From the NCBI GenBank assembly GCA_013265495.1, contig MU057744.1:1440356-1504355 (forward strand): a stretch of 64,000 nt of DNA, given 5' to 3'. Position numbers and translations under genes: made by a program. This document shows positions 37,531 to 51,189 of this stretch, piece after piece. A model generated the notes under the pieces. That model was not told where the DNA came from, did not search any database, and saw only the letters and a list, made by a program, of their open reading frames with translations. Source of the DNA: Vicugna vicugna (taxonomy: Eukaryota). Every line of letters starts with the position of its first letter. The first letter of the stretch is position 1.

Positions 37531-40500
37531 AAGGCAAGGGGCAGAGCTGGACACACGGACGTGGTGCCCTGAAGAGAGGGTGGGCCCACGGGGACCGGGG
37601 ACTGGACACCACTGGGTGATAGTGGAATGGACAGGCCCTCAGACAAGGAGCAGAGAGCCCGCTGTGGCGAAGGCCCAGGGTTGGGGCGACCATGAAGACC
37701 TTGGATGTGGTCTCCAGGGCAAGGGTGAAGGTGGCCGCCAGACTGCAGGAGGCTGTGAGGACAGAGGGCGGCCGGAAGCAGGGAAACAGCGGTGACCCAG
37801 GTGACGTCTTCACCCCGGCAGTGGCGAGGGCAGGGTCAGGCTCGGGGAGGAGGGCCCCGCCCAGGCCGGGGCAGGGGCCCCCGTCCTCCACCCGCTGCAC
37901 GAATGAACGTGCACTTCCCCTCTAGCAGGTAATTCCTGGCTGCTTCACCTGATTTGGGAGCACACACTGGCTTCACTTGGCTTTAGGTTAGCTTTGCGTA
38001 GTTTCGTTTTCTGCTGGGGACCTTTCGGTAAGCAGTTACAGCAAGAGCGTCGCTAGGTCTAAGCTGGGCGGCCCCGTCTGGATGTTGCCTGTGCAGGTGG
38101 GTGAGTAACCAGCAGGCCTGAAGCTCGGGCATCTCATTAGGACGAGCGGGGGGAGTTCCTCTTGCTAGTGGCTTGAGTGATTTTTTCCATAGCTACCGAC
38201 TCAAAAAGATTGCAAGGTTTATGTATGTATTTACAAATAAGTTTTTGGAAATCGAGCATATTAGAACAATTTTCTGACAGCTCAGGTCAGCAGAACATGT
38301 CAAAATATCTTAGGAAACAAAATGATTTTGCTGATAGTAGCTGCCCTTGGCTCTGCTGCTGGGATAAATAATTTAACTGGCTAAATAAATTTCAGTAATT
38401 TTTTTTTCCAGAAAATTAAGCTATTTACATTTTCTGAGATATTTAATTCCCACACAACTTACATTTTAATGGAATTGGCACTATACTGCATATACAATTT
38501 ATAGCTTGCAAAGCTCTGTTTTTTAAAAAATCTAAGCAGTAAGTGTATGTAGCGTTTAAGTGTGCAAATCCCAACTGGATTCATACTTAACACCAGTGAT
38601 AAAAAATAGACGTTTTCAACAAACGCCTGCACTTTTAACCACGAAGAATGAATGTGTGTTCACCTCTTCAGGACCGCAGTCGTGGCCCACAACATTCTCA
38701 CAAGGGAACTCCTTTTGAGGTGATGACGGTTATAGGATCTGCTCAACCAGCCAAACCACTTGCTTACCAAGCATCCAATAGCTAAGATGTGTCACCTTTT
38801 GCCCCATCAAATTAGATACAGCGTGTCTTACCTTACCTAACTGTATAGATGTGTCATGTGTACGTAACTCTGTGTATCTGCGTATGCCAAATGTCAATTA
38901 AATTTATATACTCTGTAACTTTCTAGAACTTTCTTCAACCAGTAGCGTACTAGGTGGAGTGTTCAGTCACGTTATCTGCCCGGTGGTCTTGCCCAGGACT
39001 GCCAGTGCGTGCCAGGCACGAGAGTCCTCACGGTTTAAAGGGCAGGGATTCCACCTCTCCACACGCCGGGATTCGGCTGAGGCTGGGCCCTCGCTCATGC
39101 ATATCCAGGTCTCACTGCTTCCTTAGAGAATGAGATCACTCTCGTGCAAATGGCAGGAGGATTTGGGAATCTAGTGGAGGCAGAGAGGGGTTGGACCAGG
39201 CAATCTAGAGACTCCTTCCTCTACGGCTGGGACGCTGCCATCTTTCCACCTGGTTACAGGGCTTGTGGACACTGGTCCAGAGGAGGGGACGTGAGGGTGG
39301 TGACACTCAAGCACAAGTTAGATGATGGGGAGATAGCGCCCCCACATTTTCATCTGGAATAATGAAGAAACTGCCCCGTCTACTGTTAGTGGAACGTTTT
39401 CTAGTTTTGGTCCTGCCAAGGACATTTTCTACAGAACAGAATTTCGAGAATTTCACATGATTGACAGAACGAGAAATAACAGCATAAGTTCTAACGAACA
39501 AAAATATTGCTCTGGAAAGGCCGAAAGTAAAGACCTAGATGTCAGTAGAGAATGGTGTCATGGCAGTTTCAGGCGGTCACCCAGCAGGGGGGGACAGCGA
39601 GAGTGTGTCGCCATTTCCCTCTTCACGTGGGCAGACCGAAGCCCGGGGTCTGGTAAGGGGGTGTGTGCACAGGTATCCCAGGTGTCTGAGGATGTCTGAG
39701 GGCACCTCAGAAGTCTAGAGATGGACTTGAAGTTCTCCGCATCAAAGATGGTGACACTGTTGCACTCAGATACAAATCGTGGAGCAAACTGAAATCTGAC
39801 CGAAGGAGCTGGCAGATAAATCAAGGAGAAGGACTTGCAGATCTTTGTGTAAGAGAGAAGATGAGTAATGGCCCCCTCTTCTGCCGTTCAGACCGTCGGA
39901 GTCAAGAACTCTGCTTAATTTAGCAGCACAGCTTCCACGGAGGGACCCAATACTGTGGGCAAGTGGAGGCTGTTTTTAAGGTTAGATAAATTCAGCCTAT
40001 TTTTATGGGCAGGGGAAAATTATTGCCCGAGTGTTTTTGATAAGATTCTTCCATGCCGTGAACTGAAATACTGAGAGCATAATCGTTTTTCACATGAGTG
40101 AGGCGGAGGGCAGAGAAACGACCATAAATTATAGGACACTAAGGCTGTCTATTTTTTGGGTGCTGAGTTGATAAGTTTTCGGCTTTCACTTTTGTGTAAC
40201 TGCACGGTTGGCTTGTGGCTCCTCCAGGCCGCTGTGAATGCTGTAAATGTTGGGCTGACCATGTGTTAGGCTGATGTCTCCATTGAACGGTGTGTTATGG
40301 ATGCACCGGTGGGGCCATGATGATCCCTGTGTGTATCTCCCTGCGCTCAACAAAGACGTATTTACTGCCTCCCGTGTCACAGGTGTCTGTGACGTGCTGT
40401 GTGCTCACTTAGGGCTGCTTTCTTCACTTGTATTTTAAGATGGTTCCCAAAGAGTCACTCATAAATATCTTAAACTGGAAAGGGCTGAGGCTGAACCCAG

Positions 40501-40879
40501 TCGCCAATCCAAGATTTCCTCCTACGTCTGTGTCAGGTAAGTTCTGTATTACTTGTAATCATCCAACCCACATTCTCCCACTTTATCCAAGGGGAAATTA
40601 ATGAGCGCGACCAAACAAATGCTGGCTGAAAACGCTCACGTTGGTATCCATAGAGAGAAACTGTATGTAAATTTGTATGTTTCTGTTACTGTGAGGGTGT
40701 TCTTAGAGTTTCTAAATACCTGTCATGTGGAAGGCATTCTGCTTTGCTCCTTGGACGTGATAAAATACATAAGACACGGTCCTTGCCTGAAAGCAACTCT
40801 TCCTAAGACTAATTTCGTTACCTCTCACAGACTCTTTTCTTCTGTCAGATTTGTCTTAAGTAAATTAAAAAACCGTGGA

Positions 40880-43800
40880 AAATAAAGTGTAATACATAAC
40901 ATACCTGCTGCTTGCTGAGCGTCTGCAGGGTGGGCACACCGGTGTCCCCACACGCAAGTCCGAGCCGTACGTGCGCCTTTGAGGCCCCCCGCAGACCCCT
41001 CCCTGTCGCCACCTGCCCCTCCGAAGGGAGCCGGTATCCTGACTTCCAGCAAAATAGGTCTGTTCTGCCGCTTTCGCACTTGATGTAGATGGATAATGTG
41101 ACACGTGCGCGGTTGTGGTTGGTCTCCTGTGCTTTCTGTTGTGTCTGTGAGACGCGTCCACGCTGCTGCGTGAGGGGGTGGCTGGCTGTGACTGTCACTG
41201 CTGGACGCCACCGCCGAGGGATCGACAGGGAGTTGTTTCCAGTCTTTACTGTTGGGAATAAAGCTGGTACTGATATCCTCAAGTATGAAATACGTAAACG
41301 AATGCGTGAAGTCCGGGTATGCGCACGTTCTGTGGGGCACGTGCCTGTGTGTGGGACGGCTGAGGGGAGCGTCCGAACCCTCTGCTTTCTAAACAGTTTT
41401 CTAGAGTGGTGGTACCCACAGTGCTCCCGCCAGCAGCGCTTAGAAGTGTTAGTTCCCAGAAAAGTTCACGGTTACGGTGCATTGCGTTGTGGTGCTAATT
41501 TGCATCTCACGATGACTTGTGGCGTTGAACACCTTTTCGTGTCTTAGTGGGCCTTTGGGTGTACCTGTTCAAGTGGTGGCCTGTTTTAAAAACAAAGCTG
41601 TCTTTTTCATTAATTAGTTGAGAGTTTTTATCTGGCCTACATACATCTCATATATGTCATATGTCTCTTGCAAATACCTTCTCGGTCACGGTTTCTTTTT
41701 CACTCTTCTGCTGTGGTCGACCCAGTTTTTATTTGAATGAATTTCAGTTTACCAGCGTTTTTCATTCATGGTCTGTGCTTTCTGTGGGCTGTGTAAGAGG
41801 TCCTGGCCAGCCTACCCAAAGGCCATGAAGATGTCCTCCCCAGGTTACCTTCTAGAGCTTCTTACTGTTTCAGCACTGACACTTAGCTCCGTGACCCACC
41901 TGGAAGGGACTTTCTGTTTACCGTTTGAGGTGGAGGTCACCTTGGTGTCCACTTGGCCCAGCGCCCTCCCCCATCAGACAGGTGACCGTGGGCAAGGCTG
42001 GCTGCGTCTGCACCCCGGCTTCGGCTGCGCTGGTCTGTGTGGCTCTGCTTGCCCCCATGTTATAGCTTAATTTGTTCTTGTTTTATATTGTCTTGTTATG
42101 TGTGGGTGTTAGCCTTCTAACTTTCATTCTTCAAAATTCTCTTTGCTATTCTCAAGCTCCTTCATTTCTGTCTAAAGTTTGGAATTAGCTTGTAAATTTC
42201 CACAGAATAAACTGCCGGAATTTTTAATGAGATGGCCCTGAATCTATAGATCATCTGGGGAGGACTTCACACCTTCAAAACATTAAGTATTGTTCGGAAT
42301 CTGCAAACATGAGTTACCCTTCAGTTTACATTTAGGTATTAAATTTCTCTCAGTCATCACCTTCAGTGTTCTATGAGAGGCTGGGATGTTTTTTGGATCA
42401 GATTTATTCCTAGGTGCCTGATGTTTACTGATGTTAATGCAAACGGTATCATTTAATAACTGTTACCCAGAACATAAAAATACGCTAAGTTCTTTTATCA
42501 ATTCTAACAGTCTATCTGTAGATTCTTTTAGACTTTCTGTGTCATTTGTACACAATGACTGTTATATCTTTTGCTTCCCAACTTTAATTTGGCCTCATTG
42601 CCCAGATCAGGACCTCAAGATGTGACAGATCTTTGATGCTTGCCCTCAAATTGAGGGGAAACTTGGAGAATTTCGTCCAGTATGGCGTTTGCTGTGGTTC
42701 TCTGAGAGGTTTGCCTTGTGGTTTTAAGCAGCTGCACTCAGCTTGGTACTGGGAGTCTCACCCTCTGCACAGGCAGCTTGAAAATATGTGGGTTTAAACC
42801 TGTCATCTTACTTTTTCATTCCGTTGGTTCTTGGTACTTCTCTGTTTTTTCATTTTTTGCCTTCTTTCAGATTAATCAAGGATTGTTAATGAGCCCCTAT
42901 TAGCTTGAGAGTTATATACCTTATTCTTCTTCTCATGTTTACACTAGAGATGATAACATGTATCCTTAATTTATTAGTATCCACCTCAAGTGAGTACTTT
43001 CACATTTTTCCGGGCAATGCAAGGAACTCATAACACTTCAATTTCATTTACCCCCCTCGGCTTTTTGTACTGTAGTGTTGGCGTAGTTAAAAAAAATACA
43101 TATGTATATATATAAAATGTTATGTGCATATATGGCATTATTATCGTTCTCTTGACAGTCAATATTCACTCAGACTTACCAGCACGTCGCGCTGCCTTGG
43201 ACCCTCGGTCCCTTCCTGCGTTACAGTGCTCACACGTGGGGTCATTTCTCTGCTGTGTGAGGAACTCTCTCAGGGTTTCTCTATCAGGGGTCCACTAACA
43301 GCCAGTCTGCTGGCTTTGGTTTGCAGACATCTATATTTCTCTTCATCTGAGCATAGACTTGGCAGTTGCTAATGGTTTTCCTTTCAGTCCTTCTGGCTTT
43401 CATTGTTTAGTTTGAAAGCTGAAGTCTTGATTGTTTTTTTTGTTTTTAAAGGTGATATTTTCATTCTGTTTGTGTTTGGGATTTGTGTTTGCAGCTGGGT
43501 ATTTTTCTTGCATTGTAGAAAATTCGTGGCCCGTGCTTCCTCCAGCACTGCTTCTGCCACACCCTGTCACTCCCTTCCGCTCCCGCTCGTCGGGGCTCCA
43601 GTTACACGTGCTTTGCTCCTTTCCACCGTGTCCATTCCTACACCCTCATCTGTGTTTTCACCCCTTTATTCCTTCGTACCTCAATCTGGATATTTCCTTC
43701 TGACCTGTCTACCAGTTCACAGACCTCTTCTGTTTGTCCAGTCAGCTGGTGAACCCATTTATTGAATCCTTAAATTTTCAGTTATGTTATTTTTTTAGTA

Positions 43801-44065
43801 ATAAGATTTGCATTTGATTCATTTTCTAGGTTCACATTCTCTTGTGATAGTTTTCCTGTTTTCATCTGTCTTTAAAGATATTTATTATAGCATTTTTGTA
43901 ATAGATGATTCCAATCAATGTTTGTGTCACAGGTAGATTTGTTTCCATTGCCCTTTGTTTTCCTCTTGGTTTTCAAGTGTTTGGTCTCCTTTTCTGGCAT
44001 GCATGGTAGTTTTTAATTGAAAGCTGGACGTGATGTAAGAAAAATTGTCAAGGTCTGGTGACATC
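40880..44065 (-). mobile_element. Old fragmented L1 (L1MD/ME-type)
   Basis: Antisense 3' UTR, ORF2 and ORF1-like L1 motifs appear in order (tatcctgacttc; gttgtttccagt; tgaatctatagatca; gatttattcctagg). Confidence 0.7.
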
Positions 44066-44121
44066 TTCCCCATGTATTAGTCCATAGAACATTCCATATT
44101 CTTCTGTAGATGTACTAGTAA

Positions 44122-44670
44122 CGTTGCAGAAAAAAAAGTGTTACAGCTCAGTGTTACAGCAACCTGGATCTAAGCACTGGGAGAGTTGGAGAACTCAGGT
44201 TTATTATACCAGCAGGTTCAGAGAAGTTAACACTCTATGCTCTGAACCCCACCTGTAGGTTTACACAGGCTTTTATAGGCTGCCAGTTTACACTTTGCAA
44301 CATCATATGCAAATAAGATATAACAAAAGTTGACTAATTAGGAACAAGCTTTGTAGAAATGGACCAATCAGGAGGGAGAGAAATAACCAATCAGGAGTGA
44401 GGGAAATTGACCAATCAGGAGGGAGAGAAATAACCAACCAGAAGTGAGCTCCATGCAAATGAAGTACTACAAATGGACCAATCAGAAGTTAGGGAAATGA
44501 ACCAATCAGGAGTGAGCTCAGGGAACCAATAGAATTTTAGGGGTAAGTAAGCCATAAAAAGGCAGAAAGTGAGATAGAGGCTCTGGGCCAGGGAACCGGA
44601 CGGTGCTGGCAGGAGAGTAGTGGCCCTGCCTGGGGGTCCTGCTGGTCTTTTCCTGGGGCTTCCCGCTTCA
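44122..44670 (-). mobile_element. ERV solo LTR with a tandem CCAAT array
   Basis: Minus-strand TATAAAA (44271-44277) upstream of AATAAA (44200-44205); starts TGAAG at 44670; R/U5 resembles the LTR at 59291. No TSD recognised and the left edge is uncertain. Confidence 0.75.
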
Positions 44671-45064
44671 ATATCTGGTGGGTGGTTAGAGCATGGGTGC
44701 AGTGGGGCGAACACACAGGTGCAGCTCTTAAGTCTCATCCAAGTGCCCAGGGTTTCACCTGGACTCCCTTGCCTGTGGACCCTGAAATCTAATCCAGCCT
44801 CACACTGCCCACTTCTCTCTATCCTACTTAGGGAAATTGCCTTCAGGCCCACCAACATCCCATGATTTGATTGCTAACGCCTTCAGATAATCTTGTATTT
44901 CATCCAGTGTTTACGGTTGTAGTCAACAGAAGGGTTAGTTTGATACCAGCTTCTGCGTCATAACAAAGAACTGAAGCCTTCCACCAGAAACTAACTTTCT
45001 GTAGTAAATAAAATTGTACCACATGGGGTTTTTTTGTTTTGTTTTTGTTTTGTCTTCTGTAACT

Positions 45065-46440
45065 TGTTTTGAAGAAACTTTTTAGGTTGAAATACTTTAA
45101 GAGTCTGAGGAAGCTGCAGAGGCAGCTCAGAGAAACGTCATATACACTCCTCACTGGTACGTCTGACTTAGGTAACATCAAAAGCAGAATATTGGCATTG
45201 GTATGAAGCCAATATGTGTAATGCCCACCACAACCAAGACCCCGAACTATTCTGTCCCCACAGAGGTCTCCCTGGTGCTGTGGAGAGGAGTCACACCCGT
45301 GTCCTCACTCACCCTCACTCCCACCTCTCCTAACCTTTGTTTCCATAATGTTGTCCCTTTGAGAGCGTTACACAGACAGATGATACGGCCTTTGACCTGT
45401 GAGCCTGGCCTTTTTCACTCAGCATGATGCCCCCTCCACACTGTGAATGTCTCTGTGTTTCCGCCACCGGTGGATGTGGGATCTGATTTTTCCACGTCCT
45501 CACCGCGTTTGATGCTGTCACTGCTTTTTAGTTTCAGCTGTTTCGCGGCTAGTGACGTCCTGTCATGGTCTTAATTTGCATTTCCCTAACGACTAGTGAT
45601 AGTGAACATCTTTTCATGTGCTTATTGGCCATCTATATACTTCTCTTTGGTCAAATTCTGTTTTTTTTTTCTTTTTAATGGTTGCATTTTGAGTGTTCTT
45701 TATAGATTTTGGGTATGAGTCCTTTATCAAACACGTGGTTTGCAAATGTTTTCACCCAAGTCTGTAGCTTATCTCTTCTTCCTCTTAAGAGAATCTCTTG
45801 AAAAATAAAAGATTTTAGTTTTGATGAAGTACAACTTAACCAACATTTTCCTTTTGCAGATTGTCCATGTAGTCTCATTTCTATGAACTCTTCGCCAAAG
45901 CCTTGGTCATGAGTATTTTCTTTTATGATTTCTTCTAAAAGTTTCATAGTTTTATGTTTTACATTTAACTCTGTGATTATTTTGAGTCAATTTTAGAATG
46001 AGATGTAAGGCTGAGTTTCTTTGTTATATTTTTTGTCTACTGATACCCAGTTACTCCAGCACCATTTGTTTAAAAGACTGTCATTCTTCCATTGAATTCC
46101 TTTTGCACTTTCGCAAAAAATGAGTGGCCATACTTGCGTAGGGATGTTTCTGTGTTCCGTGTTCTGTTCCATTCATCTATGTTCACCAATACCACACAGT
46201 CTTGAATACTGTAGCCACTTAAGTATTGAAATCAGGTAGAATATTTCCTTCCACTTTATACCTCCTTTTCAAAATTGCTTTACCACTGTATTTCATTTGC
46301 CTTTTCAGGTAAGTTTTAGAATAGTCTTATCTGTAACTACCAAAATGTCTCACTGGGATTCTAGTAACAATTGCATTAAACCTGTATATTAATTTGGGCT
46401 AAGTTGGCATGTTGACTATATTGAGTCTTCCGATCCATCC
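45065..46440 (-). mobile_element. L1M 3' UTR and ORF2 C-terminal fragment
   Basis: ttaatttgcatttccct...gaacatcttttcatgtgcttattggccat...ccagcaccatttgtttaaaagactgtc. Confidence 0.85.
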
Positions 46441-48523
46441 ATGTCCACCAGACCAGGGGTTCTGATTTGGCTTCTGCGCCGTCATGGAAGGCTCTTCCTG
46501 CCCAACTCTCTTCAATTAACATCCTGTGCTTTTTTCACTGCATCGTATTTCTTTACTTTCTTTAGCTGAGTTTTTTTTTTAACCTGCAAATGTATTAATT
46601 TCACACACATTCTCCTTGACGATGGCAGTGAACCTCCGGCGTGTTGCTCTACACAGGAGAGTCCGCTGTGCAACCAGTCAGGCACAGCTAAGTCACTAGC
46701 AAAGTCAACATTCCATGCCGTAATTGTTCTCTTTTTAAAGACGTCTTCACAGCAGTCTTGATCTATAGCACTGGTGCTTGGCTTTCTCTCTCGGGCCATT
46801 TTTCCTCAGAGATACAAAGGTTTTTTCTTTTCTTTTTCTTTTTTTTATACTTCTTCAAAATAAGCATACACAGTATGGTGATTTCAGCAAAGCCACTGTG
46901 ACACCCAGAGAAGGGTGACTGGCTGGGTCTCCTTACCAAAATCGGCAGAATTCATGCCTTGACAAAAGTGCTAGCGTATAGGTCGTGAGCCTTTGACACA
47001 GGGCTGGAACAGCTGAGGCTGTTGTCGCTCCATACGTGCTGTTGAAAGTTTTGTTATGATGAGTAAGATCCTGTTGGCTGTACACCTGTCCCTTGCCACC
47101 GTGGCCATTTGCGTAAACAGATTCTCTATCTCTGTCTGCAGTTCCACGATTTCGCTGGTGGGTGGAAGTTCTCTATGCCTAGGGATTAAAAAAAGACATC
47201 CCATTTGTTAATTTGTGTCATCTACCCTACTTTCCTATGAGGATTACAGTTGCCCTGACTTTTGCAAAAACGGGCTTGGGGATGTGAATTTCTGTAAGGA
47301 CATTCTTACTCTGTTGTGACTGAAGCCAATATTTAGGTGAATTCTTATTCACCAAAACCCATCTTTATGCTGAATGACCGAGGTCTCCCTGACTCTGTTT
47401 TCTGGCTTTTGTTGTACAAAGTGAACTTCCTGTCACTGTTACTAGGGATCTCTTTGTCCTGGGGCCCGTAAGTGACATTTTCTTCCAACCTGCTCCTCGG
47501 GGAGCCAGTTGAGAAAAATCCGTACAAGGGAGACAGAGTCTCTTGTATCCTTTATAAAGTTAGGCACAATTGTAGCCACTGCAGGAGATGCTCTTTTCTA
47601 AAAAGAGCTCATTAAAGTAAGAGAAGTTGAATGATGGATGGGGGAAATGGCTCTTTAGGACATTATGATCTGGAGTTGAGACTTTTCTTTTTAATGGAGT
47701 GTTGGTGAACACATTCTAGGTCCTAGAGAAATCCGTGCAATGAATTGCAGCCGTTCTCAGTTATGCATCTTTTCCTGATTATCTGGCCGTATTTTGCCCT
47801 GATAAGAGAAAGCAGGGGTGGGGAGGGAGAGTAAAAAGACCCACTCACATGTTCAGGAATAGAATTTAAAGGGAGCGATTTTTACAGGGAAATTTGTTTA
47901 ATGTGTTGATACATACAATTTTTTAGGGATTTAATAACTTAAAAATTATTTACATCTCATAAATGTAATACATTGCAGAATAGGCACAACAGCTTGGGCA
48001 TTTATAGCTTGTATGATGCATACAGAGCGCACTTTTGTAGTGGACATGATTATTAATGTCTGTCATCCAGATGGCTAAAAGTAGTAAAAAAAAAAAGTTT
48101 ATGTAACATTTACTTGAGAGAAATATTTCTCAAGGAATACCCTTGATGATGCTTCTTATCAGTCAATACTGTTGCCTTTTGCAATCTTTAAACACCTAAG
48201 TGAAGTACTGAATTATCAAGATTGAGTAATTTTCTTCAATGTGTTGGCAGAGTCCTATTTTTTCTTCTAATTAGTGTCAGGCATGAATTTAGACTTTTTA
48301 AAAATAATGTTTTATTTTCAGAGTTGTTTATTTCAGCTTATTAGGTCATTGCTAAAGGAATATGTTTTACTGTATTATTTCTTACTTTAATACTGGTTTT
48401 CCCTAACCATTGCTCGCATTAGGAAGTTTTTCTTGAAAACTTACATGTGGAACTGAAATGAACATAAGAGTATTGAGGGATATTAATAAACATTTTCCTT
48501 TATGCTCCTCACCTTAAATTTTT

Positions 48524-49102
48524 GTGTGCTTTTCTTTTTCTAATTCTTTTAAGTGATAGGTTAGGTGTTTACTTGAGATTGCTCTTTTTCGAGAAAGGCT
48601 TGTATCACTATGAACTTCCCTCTTAGGACTGCTTTTGCTGCATCCCATGGATTTTGGGTGGTTATGTTTTCATTTGTCTCAAAGTATTTTTTAATTTCTT
48701 CTTTGATTCTATCATTGACCTGTTGGGTTTTTTTGGTAGCATGTTGTTTAATCTCCATGCTGTCATTTTTTTTCTCCTTTGCTTTTCTGTGGTTGATTTC
48801 TGGTTTCATGGCATTGTGGTCAGAAAAGATGCTTGAAATAATTTCTATCCTCTTAAATTTGTTGAGGCCTCTTTTGTGTCCAAGTACATGATCTATCCTA
48901 GAGAATGTTCCATGTGCACTTGAAAAGAATGTATATTCTGTCTTAGGGGGATGTAATGTCCTAAAAATATCAACCAAGCGCAGCTGTTCTTCTGTGTCAT
49001 TTAGTATGTCCGCTGCCTTGTTGACTTTCTGTCTGGAAGACCTTTCCAGTGATGTTAATGGGGTGCTAAAGCCTCCTGCTATGATTGTGTTCACATCAAT
49101 TT
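48524..49102 (-). mobile_element. L1 ORF2 endonuclease-domain fragment flanked by a 16-bp TSD
   Basis: ORF 48561-49094 contains EYTFFSSAHGTFSRIDHVLGHK and IISSIFSDHNAMK. TSD ctcaccttaaattttt (48508-48523) / ctcacctaaaattttt (49103-49118). Confidence 0.93.
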
Positions 49103-51189
49103 CTCACCTAAAATTTTTAATGGTTTTCCATTGCTCATCATATTATTATAAGCTCGTCACCCACAAAGAAGAAGGAAGTGTTTGTCCAGTTAAGTCGTTG
49201 GGGGATGATGTGACAGATTTACATTTGCATTTAATTTTTACTTTTCCATTTTTTATGTGTTCCTCTGGCACACTGGCTGCCCTGAAGCAGAAGTGGCTGC
49301 ACCTTCTGTTCGTCCATCAGTCAACAGCAAGTCGCTCCAGGGAGTTAGGGGCAGTGGGAGGCACAGTCCCCACCCTCAGGGCTTCTTGCTGTAGCAGCAG
49401 AGAGAAAGCTGCCCGCCCCTCCCCCAACAGCATTAAGTGGGTCTGATGATGGGAGGTGACCCCTGGAGGGCAGGCCTTAGCAGGACCTTCACCAGGGGGA
49501 AGTTAATAGCTCCAGGATCGCTGTGAATTTCTATGGGGAGAAAGAAATGGGGCCAAGACCTCTTTAGAGGTGAACCTTTCAGTCCCAGCCACACAGTTTG
49601 TGTCTGTGAGGTCACCACCCGGGGTCTCACTGTGATCAGGGTGCCAATGAGCACGACTTGACTAAACAGGAGGTGGCGTGATGGCACTTAGCAGGGCCGT
49701 GTCCTGTTGTGAGCAGTGTCTGGTGTTAACTCATGGTCTCTTCATAGCGCACGCAGCCTGTACTGTTTTCATCTTTAACTGAGGCCCAGGGAGGTTAAAC
49801 CACACAGCCCATCACTTTGATCCAGGACTCCAACCCGGGCCTGAGCCTGCCTACTAACAGCTACACTTTCTTGCTTTAAAACAAAGATCTTCCCGAGGGG
49901 CCGTCTGTGAACTGTGATGCTCAGCATTTCTAGTGGCCTGGCAAGGAAATAATAAACCTGGTGCAGGGCGTCTCTGTATTGATTTGTGGCTGCCACCTTC
50001 ATGCACGGCCCTGTTATCTTGAGGAAGTAAAACCCTGTTCTGTGTTCCTTCGATGAGGGAAAAGAGTATGTATCTTTACACCAAAGAGAGAATTGCCACT
50101 TACAACTGCCCCTGGTGCAGTCCTGTAGTTACGTTTCCCAGTTCTCAGTACCGTGAGGTTCACCTCCGAGTTCCTGGCTGAGCAGATGTGCGTGGGCTGC
50201 GTGCTTGCTTCTCTGGGAGTGTCTTCTATGTGGAAAGAGTCGGACCCTGCTATTGTCATAGTTCATTATTTGAGGGGCTTAATAGGGCAAGTTTGTGAGC
50301 TGCACAGTTTGCATGTGAAATAAATGTTTGCGTGCACACCCGCAGCGTCAGGTGACGTTCATTCTCACACCTCCTCGCGACTGGAGAGAAATCACAAAAC
50401 CTTGAATAACATCTAGGTGTTTATGAAACGAAGCCTGGACATTTTAACAATTGGCCAGATGACTTACGTTCTGTAACTACGTGCGTAGCCTCTCTTTTTG
50501 TGAATGTTTGCAGTGACTTGTAGCCCACCCAGAATTATATCCTGACGCTGCACCAGGCGTGCAGCCACGGCCTCTTCTGCTGTGAGTGTCCCTTCAGAGG
50601 TTACAGCGAGCTATCCGCAGTTACAGTTTTCAAAATTAGTTTATTTGGGGGTTAGGAATACGAGGAAAAAGCAGCCTCAAGGCTCTGTGGCATTTAGGTA
50701 CACGCTTGAAGTTAGTAATAACATTTCTCACGACTGTCTAGAAGTTTCCCGATGAATTTATGCTCAAGCAATGGCACCTGCAGAGCCAACGGCCAGACAA
50801 CACGTCCTTGGAATCCCTGGGTCCAGCATGTGCTGGGTAGCCCCACCCCGCGCGGTCCGAGGCACGGCAGCTTGCTCTCTGTGGTCTCGTCCAGGGATTA
50901 AAACAAAAACCCAAACGCGGAAGGCCTGAGCTGCTTTCTCACAGATCACAGAGTCCCCCCCAGCCTCCCCTTCCCCTCTGCGCCCGTGTTGGTGTGTCAG
51001 CTGTCCCCAGGTGGCTCTGTGGGGCTGAGAATGTGGCTTTGGGAGGCCGCACGTCCCTGTCTCGCTGGAATGAAAAAGGGGCTGGCATGCTGTTTACAGA
51101 CGTTCACAAGTCTTCCTTTTTGGAAACCACAAAACAAAATGCCCCTTAGCTCTGTGTGCCTGCCCCGAACACCTGACACAGCAGTGGTT

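Noticed and set aside
44355..44535. CRISPR-like spaced repeats (also considered for 3498-3600)
   Set aside because: Tandem units without unique spacers, in mammalian DNA with no cas genes.
48561..49094. Endonuclease-like ORF as a host gene
   Set aside because: A truncated, frameshifted L1 ORF2 fragment.
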